27,438 nucleotides of DNA from Promethearchaeota archaeon (lineage in GTDB: Archaea; Asgardarchaeota; Lokiarchaeia; Sigyniarchaeales; SOKP01): NCBI GenBank assembly GCA_016839745.1, contig JAEOTS010000126.1:1-27438 (forward strand), given 5' to 3'. The position numbers were made by a program, and so were the translations under genes. Positions 1-7,433 of the stretch are shown here, one piece after another. The notes below the pieces were generated by a model. That model saw only the letters and a program-made list of their open reading frames with translations. It ran no database searches and was not told the DNA's origin. Positions within the stretch are counted from its first letter, which is position 1. Every line of letters begins with the position of its first letter.

Positions 1-245
1 CCAATCCCTAGTTCCGTTAGCGTTCCTTTCTGACTTGCTAATATAACTCTTAACCAATAGTAATAATCTGTTGTTTCTGTAGAGGCTACTCCGTAAAGTG
101 GAATGTTTGACATTATTAAATAGATTATTAATACAACAACGGTCCAGAGTAATTTTTCTTTGAATTGTACTTCTCTTTGCGGTTGCTTAATTTCAGGCAT
201 TATCCGTACGAACGGAGTAAAGAATTTGAGGAATCTTCCTGTCAT
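1..245 (-). CDS. secY: Preprotein translocase SecY/Sec61-alpha, N-terminal part (runs off the window start)
   Basis: Manual translation from ATG at 245: MTGRFLKFFTPFVRIMPEIKQPQREVQFKEKLLWTVVVLIIYLIMSNIPLYG...YWLRVILASQKGTLTELGI, the typical archaeal SecY/Sec61a N-terminus. Not in the ORF track because it is truncated. Confidence 0.95.
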   Translation of the reverse strand, partial: MTGRFLKFFTPFVRIMPEIKQPQREVQFKEKLLWTVVVLIIYLIMSNIPLYGVASTETTDYYYWLRVILASQKGTLTELGI

Positions 246-510
246 AGTATATCAGTACAAAATCTTTATCGAGTATTATCTATTTTAGTATAATTAAAAA
301 TTTCCCAATTGAGAAAGTTAACTTAAGAAAAATAGAATTTTAAAAAAACTTTTTGATTTATACAGTTTATTTAAGTAGATTTCTGATTTCTTATCAAATC
401 TAAATCATTTGAATATAAAAATAATAGAAAAAAATAAATTAAAAAAATTTTAAATAATTTTCACTATACTTTTGTTCAATTTTGCGTTATTTCTTTTTGG
501 TTCCCATTAT

Positions 511-801
511 TTAAAAGAGACTTCCAATACCAGTTGGTTCCTCTTCTTCGGGTTCCTCTTCTTTCTTCTTTTTTACTTCCTTTTTCTTAACAGTGTCCCC
601 AGCTGGAGCAGCAACAACGGGTGCTGAGCTAGCAGATTTGATAATATCCTCAATTTTTGTGTCTTTTAATCCAGCAATTAATTTAACGATTTGATCTTTA
701 TCAACTTTAGCACCTGCTGCAGTTAATACCTTTTCTACATTCGTTTCGTTAATTTTTCCTCCAGCTTTATGTAACAATAAGGCAGCGTAAATACTTTCCA
801 T
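511..801 (-). CDS. rpl12: 50S ribosomal stalk protein P1/aL12
   Basis: MESIYAALLLHKAGGKINE N-terminus, Ala-rich hinge, acidic tail ending GIGSLF; last gene of the L11-L1-L10-L12 cluster. Confidence 0.96.
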   Translation of the reverse strand: MESIYAALLLHKAGGKINETNVEKVLTAAGAKVDKDQIVKLIAGLKDTKIEDIIKSASSAPVVAAPAGDTVKKKEVKKKKEEEPEEEEPTGIGSLF

Positions 802-878
802 AATTTTTAACCTCTTTTTTGTTTTTTTATCATTAAATTGTATTTTTTATTGATATTTTTAAAAAAAATCTTAATTTT

Positions 879-1769
879 TTATCCAAATAATCCTCCAATG
901 CCAACTTCTTCTTCATCTTCCTCTTCTTCGGGTTCTTTTTCTTCAACTTTAGTTTCTACCTGGGCAGGAACTTGAATGCCTTCTCCAAAAATAATCGAAT
1001 TTAACATATTGACTTCAGATGTAGCTTTTCGAATATAATCATCTGTCATATCTTCTGAAAAGAATGGCATTTCAAACAAAATTCCAAGTGCTTCTCTATA
1101 AGCTCTGGTAAAATCTTGTTTGAATTTAGTCGTATCCATATAAAGAATATCTTCCGAAATAATTTCACCATCGCTCCATGCGTAATGAATTTTTATCAAT
1201 GACTCAATTGGGGTAATTCCTAACTTTTTTAGGACAGCAGCTTGCTTTACATCAACAAAATCTCCTACTTTATGCGTTTGCGTGTCTTCTCTAACCCAAA
1301 TAGTATCATTTTGAATCCTCGTTGGAAGTCGAAGTGTCATGTTTAATTCACTAATAACTTGTCCAGTAGGTAAGCCTGTATCTCCTGCCGGAACCCAAAT
1401 ATCAACGGGGGTTATTTCATTTGGTTTAGCTGGAACCATCCATTCACTTTGAAGAAAAATTTTCTTAAGCTCGAATACATCTACATTTGTGAAACATAAC
1501 GCAGCTTGTCCTGGAATTTTTTCTACGAGCTCATCTAAATTTTCTTTTTTAGATTCCTTCTTAAATTTTTCTACCGCTCTCAATTGAAGGCTCTTCTTTG
1601 ACATCCGTATTATTGCTTTTCCTCGTAAGATTTTTCGTATCTCTTGTATTTGTCTATCGTTCAATTTTGCTACTTCAATTACAACAACATTTTTATAACT
1701 TTTGAAGAGATCAAATAAATGATCTACTTCATCCAATTTCCATTGTGGTATGTCATGTTTTCCGATCAC
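879..1769 (-). CDS. rpl10: 50S ribosomal protein uL10 (P0), GTG start
   Basis: PQWKLDEV...IRKILRG, PAGDTGLPTG insertion domain, acidic C-terminus EEEVGIGGLFG; operon position. Confidence 0.95.
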   Translation of the reverse strand: MIGKHDIPQWKLDEVDHLFDLFKSYKNVVVIEVAKLNDRQIQEIRKILRGKAIIRMSKKSLQLRAVEKFKKESKKENLDELVEKIPGQAALCFTNVDVFELKKIFLQSEWMVPAKPNEITPVDIWVPAGDTGLPTGQVISELNMTLRLPTRIQNDTIWVREDTQTHKVGDFVDVKQAAVLKKLGITPIESLIKIHYAWSDGEIISEDILYMDTTKFKQDFTRAYREALGILFEMPFFSEDMTDDYIRKATSEVNMLNSIIFGEGIQVPAQVETKVEEKEPEEEEDEEEVGIGGLFG

Positions 1770-1773
1770 TTTT

Positions 1774-2502
1774 TTACACCTCTATATTCTTTAAATATTG
1801 TTCATCAATCTTTATTGGATGCCCCATAGTTGTTTTTAAAAACATAGATTTAATATTATTATATTTGTGAGGCATCTGATCGGCAATATATTCGACAATA
1901 GCCTTCATGTTTTCAAACACTTGTTCTTTTGCCATAGATTTCTTCCCAATTTTAACTTGAATGAGTAGCTGTTTTTTTAATTGAATTCTTATTATTTTTA
2001 AGTATCGTTCGATTGCAATTTGTAAATCGTTTGGATTAGATATAATACCATATCCACTTGGAAAAGGTTTCGGCATTTTACCTAGTGGTCCAAGAAATCT
2101 TGCTAAGTACCGAGCAACATTTGGCATCATTTTATCTTCGACTATAAAGAAATCGTATTTTTTTACAAACTTTTTCTTAACTTTTTTTTCTTCATTATTT
2201 AATTTGACTAATCCATCACTGTCAATTGTCTCTAATCCTAGGTTTTTAGCTTCCATAAGTATTTCGTCTGAAGCGATCACGCAGACATTAGGTTTATCGC
2301 CAATTATTATATTATTTGGTAGTAATATTTCCTTGTCGATTCTTTGCTTAGGATCGTTTAGATTAATATCTTTAAGATTTATTATGAAATCAATTGATTC
2401 GTCGAATTTCCTTACTTTGTCTTTAAATCCATCCTTCTTTATTACCGAAAAATCGATTGCTGCGTTTAATGATTTTTTTAACAGTTTATCATCTACTTTC
2501 AT
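1774..2502 (-). CDS. rpl1: 50S ribosomal protein uL1
   Basis: RKFDESIDFIINLKD, LGPLGKMPKP and KTTMG motifs. Confidence 0.96.
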   Translation of the reverse strand: MKVDDKLLKKSLNAAIDFSVIKKDGFKDKVRKFDESIDFIINLKDINLNDPKQRIDKEILLPNNIIIGDKPNVCVIASDEILMEAKNLGLETIDSDGLVKLNNEEKKVKKKFVKKYDFFIVEDKMMPNVARYLARFLGPLGKMPKPFPSGYGIISNPNDLQIAIERYLKIIRIQLKKQLLIQVKIGKKSMAKEQVFENMKAIVEYIADQMPHKYNNIKSMFLKTTMGHPIKIDEQYLKNIEV

Positions 2503-2505
2503 TGA

Positions 2506-3032
2506 TTATATCTCCCCCTTTATTTTATCGTCATAATCCCCGTCATCAATCTTCTTTTGAACCACGCGAGGATCATTACCTTCTACGGTAGCTCCAATTG
2601 ATAAAGCAGTCCCTAAAACTGTTTTTACAGCGTTTTTAAATGTTTTCGATAAAAAAATATCTTTTTTCGCATTAGCAACATTTACTATTTGTTCAAGTGT
2701 TAAATCTCCAGCCTTCTTTTCGGAACTATTAATGCTCCCTTTTTCCACTCCTAATTCTTTTAATAGCAGTGAAGCTGTGCTCGGTGTCTCTACGAAAATC
2801 TCAAATTGTTTAGTTTCCGGATCACATTCAATTCTCACCGGAACGGTTAGACCTTTGAAAAGCATTGTCTTTTCGTTAACGGCATCTACTACGTCCTTAA
2901 TGTATGCATAGGAAATCGAACCGATTACCTTCTTATGCCAGTAGGACCGACAGCAGGGCCGATAGGTGGTCCACCACTTGCGGCGCCACCCTTTACGAGA
3001 GCTTTTACTACGATTTTAGTTGTTTTACTCAT
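2506..3032 (-). CDS. rpl11: 50S ribosomal protein uL11, split gene: exon 1 3032-2933, exon 2 2903-2506; 165 aa after removing a 29-nt intron
   Basis: ATG at 3032 gives MSKTTKIVVKALVKGGAASGGPPIGPAVGPTGI (uL11 Pro-rich N-domain) and then a TAA inside the insertion. A different frame continues with IKDVVDAVNEKTMLFKGLTVPV...TPSTASLLLKELG...GTALSIG. The ORF track shows only the C-terminal 119 aa (2506-2865). Exons of 100 + 398 nt = 498 nt = 165 aa plus stop. Confidence 0.93.
2904..2932 (-). other. Putative bulge-helix-bulge (BHB) archaeal-type mRNA intron, 29 nt: GAAGGTAATCGGTTCGATTTCCTATGCAT
   Basis: On the mRNA strand: central 4-bp helix GCAU (2938-2935)/AUGC (2909-2906); bulges AA^G (2934-2932) and AU^A (2905-2903); intron hairpin AGG..AAUCG-GUU-CGAUU..CCU; exon-exon pairing UG/CA plus GUCCU/AGGAC. 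Cutting after the second nt of each bulge gives GGC ATA AAC ATT (G-I-N-I) in frame. Confidence 0.85.
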
Positions 3033-3376
3033 TTTCCTCGTCACAAATTTTCATTTTAATTTGCAAATTCAAAATTACAAGTTTAAAGGCTAAGAACTAT
3101 AAAAATAACGCTAAATCTTTCGACTTTATTCATTCCAATATCTATTTTATATTGAAACCGTATTATTATTACGTTCTAAGTCCTTCAAAAACTAATTATG
3201 AACTTAGTAATTGTTAACAATGAAGTACACCTAAAAAAATTTATTAAAAAAAATCATTCTTGTTGAACTGAATTTATTTATTTTATTAATGATATTATTA
3301 ATTGAGAAAATATTAAGTATAATTTCAGAGCTAAATCTATTCAAATTTAAGAACTTTTGAAGGGTAAGGTTGCAGG

Positions 3377-4222
3377 ATGATAATTTGGATATTAAATAGT
3401 GATTCGGGAATTAAATTGCTATATAAATCATTTTTGAAAACAGATGCTGACGAAGATATCGTTTCTGGTTTTCTAACGGCTTTCCATCACTTCTCTATGG
3501 AAGAATTTCACCAATCGTTGGAATCTATCGAAATGGGAGGTCTTAAATGGATTTATACGTTGGAACCAAAATTTAAACTGTTATTTGTTGCTGCGGATGT
3601 AAAAAGCGTAAAAACAGAGATTTTATCGGGGCGTCTTTATGTAATAAAAGAAGCTTTTTTAAAAGAGTTTGAGCCTGTATGGATAAAAAAGAAGCGTAGT
3701 TGGGATGGAAATATGAACGTTTATTTACCATTTCTAAAAGTTATTGAAGATTATTATGGTCAATGGGAGGAAGTTGAATCGATAAGCCAAGTAGCGGATT
3801 TCTTCGATGTCTTAGGTGTTTTTCAACAGATTTTTATTATGTTAAGAAATATATTAGAAAATAAAATGTATACGAAATCAAAAGACTTAGTATTAAATCA
3901 AGTAGAAAAAGCGTACACGAAACTTAAAAAGCAAGAGGAATATAAGCAACAACCTGAATTGGAAAATATTACCTTTTCTATAGAATCTTGGTTCAATATC
4001 ATTGATATTAATTTGCTAAAATGTGAAAAGGAAGTAATAACTAAATATTTAAAGTCTATTCTATACGAGACCATTCACATATTACACGAAGTGAAAGGAA
4101 TAAATCTGTGTTTGAAATATTTTCGCGAAGAAAGAGTGTATTCTTATATTTATAATAATATGGACTTGTTAAAGGATTTGAATTTAGATATGTTCTTTTT
4201 AGAGTTATTTTTGTTAATTTAG
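3377..4222 (+). CDS. Hypothetical protein with an N-terminal longin-like domain and a helical C-terminal region
   Basis: N-terminus (IWILNSDSGIKLLYK...DEDIVSGFLTAFHHFSMEEFHQSLESIEMG...LLFVAAD) fits the beta-beta-alpha-beta-beta-beta-alpha longin-like pattern common in Asgard archaea; assigned by pattern recognition only. Confidence 0.7.
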   Translation: MIIWILNSDSGIKLLYKSFLKTDADEDIVSGFLTAFHHFSMEEFHQSLESIEMGGLKWIYTLEPKFKLLFVAADVKSVKTEILSGRLYVIKEAFLKEFEPVWIKKKRSWDGNMNVYLPFLKVIEDYYGQWEEVESISQVADFFDVLGVFQQIFIMLRNILENKMYTKSKDLVLNQVEKAYTKLKKQEEYKQQPELENITFSIESWFNIIDINLLKCEKEVITKYLKSILYETIHILHEVKGINLCLKYFREERVYSYIYNNMDLLKDLNLDMFFLELFLLI

Positions 4223-4267
4223 TTCAAAATTCCATGCAAAAGTCCTTACTAAAACTTTTTTAAGATT

Positions 4268-4471
4268 TTAGAATCTACAACAGAGACGACGACCATAATC
4301 AAGATTGTGTTTCAGATATTCGTCAGATAGTATTTTCATAACTTCTTCATAATTCAATTCTATCTTAAAAATCTCATTAACTCTATCAGGAATATCCTCA
4401 ATTTCTACACCAGGAGTAGAAACTAATCTAAAGATCTCATTCTTAACTTCTATAGATATTTCTTCTGTCAT
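4268..4471 (-). CDS. Small acidic hypothetical protein, 67 aa, ending RRLCCRF
   Basis: ATG-started ORF with protein-like composition filling an intergenic gap, with an AT-rich upstream region. Confidence 0.7.
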   Translation of the reverse strand: MTEEISIEVKNEIFRLVSTPGVEIEDIPDRVNEIFKIELNYEEVMKILSDEYLKHNLDYGRRLCCRF

Positions 4472-4591
4472 ATAATTATTATTAAGTATATTGAATGAAA
4501 AATCTTATCATTAATTTCGAGAAAAAAAAACTTATGCAATAGTAAAATAAAGCAAATTCCTTAAAACTTATATAGAATATTAGAAAACTAA

Positions 4592-5269
4592 CTAAATTTG
4601 TTCTAAAATAACTTCATGTTTAATTGTACCAATTTTTTCAATAGAAGCCTCTAAAACATCGCCAGGTTGTATTGGGCTTATTCCACTTGGAGTACCTGTA
4701 GCTACTATATCCCCTCTTTTTAAAGTTACAAACTTGGACAAATATTCTAGCGTTTGAGGGATTTTAAATAACATATGTTTAGTATTCGAGAATTGTCTTG
4801 TTTGTCCGTTAACTTTTAATTGAATTGATAAGTTATGGGGATCTGAAATTTCACTGCACGGAACGATTTTCGGTCCTATTGGTCCAAAAGAGTCGAAATT
4901 TTTGCTTCTATACCAAGGTAAATTTATATTTCTATCGCTTTTTTGCATAATCCTAGCAGTTAAATCCAGAAAAACTGTGTATCCTTGTATGTAATTGAAT
5001 GCTACCTCTGCTGAAACATTTTTACATGTTTGAAAAATAATAAACGCGAGTTCTACTTCGTGATCAACTCTATTATACTTCTCGCTTTCATATAGAATTT
5101 TTGGATAAATTATTGGCTCATTATCAGTTAAAAGCGTATTCAAAGTCTTCACAAAGAAAACGGGTTCTGTAGGGATGGGCGCGTTAGTTTCTTTAATATG
5201 ATCTAAGTAGTTTCGACCTAAACACAAAATTTTCGTAGGGTTAATTGTAGTTTTTCCAATTTTTACCAT
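4592..5269 (-). CDS. Fumarylacetoacetate hydrolase (FAH) family protein, paralog 1
   Basis: KILCLGRNYLDH, DHEVELA, DLTAR, RSKNFDSFGPIGP and GDIVATGTPSG motifs. Confidence 0.93.
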   Translation of the reverse strand: MVKIGKTTINPTKILCLGRNYLDHIKETNAPIPTEPVFFVKTLNTLLTDNEPIIYPKILYESEKYNRVDHEVELAFIIFQTCKNVSAEVAFNYIQGYTVFLDLTARIMQKSDRNINLPWYRSKNFDSFGPIGPKIVPCSEISDPHNLSIQLKVNGQTRQFSNTKHMLFKIPQTLEYLSKFVTLKRGDIVATGTPSGISPIQPGDVLEASIEKIGTIKHEVILEQI

Positions 5270-5953
5270 TTAGCTCACCTTATCTTCTAAAATAACTTTA
5301 TTTGATAGGGTTCCAATTTTTTCGATCGATGCTTCTAGAGTATCTCCCGGTTTGATTGGACCTATGCCCGACGGCGTTCCCGTAGCAATTACATCTCCCG
5401 GTTCCATCGTAAAGAATTGCGATATATTTTCTAAAAGCTCAGGAATCTTAAATAACATATGTTTTGTATTTGACGATTGCTTAATTTCTCCGTTTAATTT
5501 TAGCTCGATTTTAAGATTGTGTGGATCATTGATTTCCAGATGGTTAAGGATTCTCGGACCAATTGGACCAAAAGTATCCAGTGATTTAGAGCGATACCAA
5601 GGTAATTTTGAAGTGATATCTTTAATTTGTATCTTTCGAGCAGTTATATCATTGAATACAGTATAACCTAGAATATGATCGTACGCTTCGTTTGCTTTTA
5701 CATACTTGCATTTATCTTTTATAATAAAAGCTAACTCTACTTCATAATCAATCCTGTTATATTTACGGTTGTTAAATATCCATTGTGGATAAATAATTGG
5801 TTCACCGTTGCGTATAAGGCAGTTTAAAGTTTTTGGAAAAAGAACCGGTTCTTTCGGGACTTCTAACTTAGTTTCTTCAATGTGGTCCATATAATTCGTA
5901 CCAATACATATTATCTTTGTAGGGTTTATTGTTTTTTCTCCAATCTCAATAAT
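5270..5953 (-). CDS. FAH family protein, paralog 2; probable ATT start at 5953 (the ORF track starts at an internal ATG, 5890)
   Basis: DYEVELA, NDITAR and GDVIATGTPSG motifs. The frame stays open upstream as IIEIGEKTINPTKIICIGTNYMDH, colinear with paralog 1 MVKIGKTTINPTKILCLGRNYLDH. Confidence 0.88.
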   Translation of the reverse strand: MIEIGEKTINPTKIICIGTNYMDHIEETKLEVPKEPVLFPKTLNCLIRNGEPIIYPQWIFNNRKYNRIDYEVELAFIIKDKCKYVKANEAYDHILGYTVFNDITARKIQIKDITSKLPWYRSKSLDTFGPIGPRILNHLEINDPHNLKIELKLNGEIKQSSNTKHMLFKIPELLENISQFFTMEPGDVIATGTPSGIGPIKPGDTLEASIEKIGTLSNKVILEDKVS

Positions 5954-6135
5954 ACTTCTTTACACCTTAAAGTTTTTACGATAATCCTAATGAACGAGAG
6001 TTTAATCCATAGTTTTTTAGAATAAGATACTAATATAATTAAATAAGGTTTAAATTTTAAAGATAATTAATTTTCAGATAGTAACTATTGCTTCTAGTTA
6101 AAAAAAAAAGATAAACCAATCAAAGTTTGAAGATT

Positions 6136-6672
6136 ATGAGTGAAAAAAGACCAATCTTAACAGTAAAAGTGGTATTAGCAGCCATTTTCATAGCTGTCGG
6201 GGTCGTTTTGAGTGCCCTAAATCCATTTGCATTTTTCACTATATTTGGAACAAAAATTAATCCATTTGCTCATTTAATAAATGTTATTACAGCTGTATTA
6301 TTAGGGATTACATTTTCAACCCTTACTGCCCTGGGGATCGCCACTATTCGCTTCGCAGCAAATCTTGGGACTATTCATGCCTTTCATGGTGGTATTTCAG
6401 GAGCTGTAGTCGTTGGGATTGTGGCTCATATCTTATGGAAGAAGAAGCCTAAATATGTTGAGTACGCCGCATTTGCAGAACCAATTGGTACAGTGTTGAT
6501 TGGAGGAACAATTGGAGAGCTTTTAGTACCGATTTACGGTACAATCTCGCTAGGTGGACTGTTACTTTATTGGTGGCTTTTTTTCTGGAGTTCCTTAGTC
6601 GGTTGCATAATAGGATTTTTAATATTAAAAATTCTTAAGCGAACTGGATATTCAAGAGAAACATTCTCTTAA
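6136..6672 (+). CDS. thiW: ECF transporter S component, ThiW family (thiazole/thiamine precursor)
   Basis: Hydrophobic protein with PFAHLINVITAVLLG, GTIHAFHGGISGA and EPIGTVLIG, resembling ThiW. ATG 6136 is preferred over TTG 6127. Confidence 0.75.
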   Translation: MSEKRPILTVKVVLAAIFIAVGVVLSALNPFAFFTIFGTKINPFAHLINVITAVLLGITFSTLTALGIATIRFAANLGTIHAFHGGISGAVVVGIVAHILWKKKPKYVEYAAFAEPIGTVLIGGTIGELLVPIYGTISLGGLLLYWWLFFWSSLVGCIIGFLILKILKRTGYSRETFS

Positions 6673-6704
6673 ACTCGCAAAAAACTTAACAAACATAAAC
6701 TTTA

Positions 6705-7292
6705 ATGAAATATAGTAAAAATTCTGATATGAGCGTTTTAGTTGGTAAAAAAACGCTAATTTACGGAGAGGCAAATACGGGCAAAACCTTGTATACTGCA
6801 AAATTTGTCCAATATCTTATAGAAAATAAAAAATTTAGGTCCCAAGAGATAAGTATTTTAGATTTTGCTCCAAGACTTACCTACTTTAAAAATTTAAAGA
6901 TAGGGGGAAGAATACAAGATTATTATGAACACTCTCTAAAATGTAATCTAATTACTTTTGTAGGAGAAATCATTCCCCCTCGCTTAAACGCAAAGAATAA
7001 AAGTGATTTGTATTCAAATCTCTGTAACAATTTTAAAAAAATACATGAGACTATAGAAAAGTATAACAATAGCCCAACTCCAGTATTAATTATCAACGAT
7101 ATTTCCATATTCTTGCATTTAGGGAGCAACAAATACTTAATTAACGCGATAAATAAATCAAATACTTTTTTTGGAAATTCTTATTATGGATCTTCAATTA
7201 GTAGTAAATTTTCAAAGTTATTAAGTATCATAGAAAAAAAAAAAGTTGAATTTCTCATAAAAAATGTAGATAACTCTTTTTTAACCTCTTAA
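6705..7292 (+). CDS. Small P-loop NTPase-like hypothetical protein
   Basis: Walker A GEANTGKT after a hydrophobic strand; possible Walker B VLIIND. Confidence 0.7.
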   Translation: MKYSKNSDMSVLVGKKTLIYGEANTGKTLYTAKFVQYLIENKKFRSQEISILDFAPRLTYFKNLKIGGRIQDYYEHSLKCNLITFVGEIIPPRLNAKNKSDLYSNLCNNFKKIHETIEKYNNSPTPVLIINDISIFLHLGSNKYLINAINKSNTFFGNSYYGSSISSKFSKLLSIIEKKKVEFLIKNVDNSFLTS

Positions 7293-7433
7293 TCCGTTTT
7301 TCTTTGACTCTTTTTCACATTCCTTTTAAATTATAATTGTAAACGATAATAGTGACTCCAAATATTTTCAATCAAACACCAAATTGGTATTTTAGGATAA
7401 TAACTTAAAAATGCAATAAACGATATTATAAAT

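Noticed and set aside
541-935. Shared CTCTTCTTCGGGTTC at 541-555 and 921-935
   Set aside because: It encodes the homologous acidic EPEEE tails of P1 and P0, which is expected and not an independent repeat element.
2896-2928. Spliceosomal-looking AG|GTAAT...TAAG| (GT-AG) 33-nt segment overlapping the rpl11 insertion
   Set aside because: Removing 33 nt leaves the downstream exon out of frame (AGG ACG TAG) and deletes conserved residues. Only the 29-nt BHB excision restores uL11.
2903-2938. GCATA direct repeat flanking the rpl11 insertion as a target-site duplication of a mobile element
   Set aside because: The repeats are 31 nt apart, and deleting between them does not restore the frame. The repeat follows from the self-complementary central helix.
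2506-3032. rpl11 as a simple pseudogene or programmed frameshift
   Set aside because: Both halves are intact with no other lesions, there is no slippery run at the break, and the extra 29 nt form a precise BHB. An assembly artefact cannot be fully excluded without reads.
3020-3217. 65-aa plus-strand ORF
   Set aside because: It overlaps the real rpl11 start and promoter on the opposite strand and has low-complexity AT-rich composition.
5954-6135. TPP riboswitch upstream of thiW
   Set aside because: The region is very AT-rich, with no conserved TPP aptamer core or stems visible.
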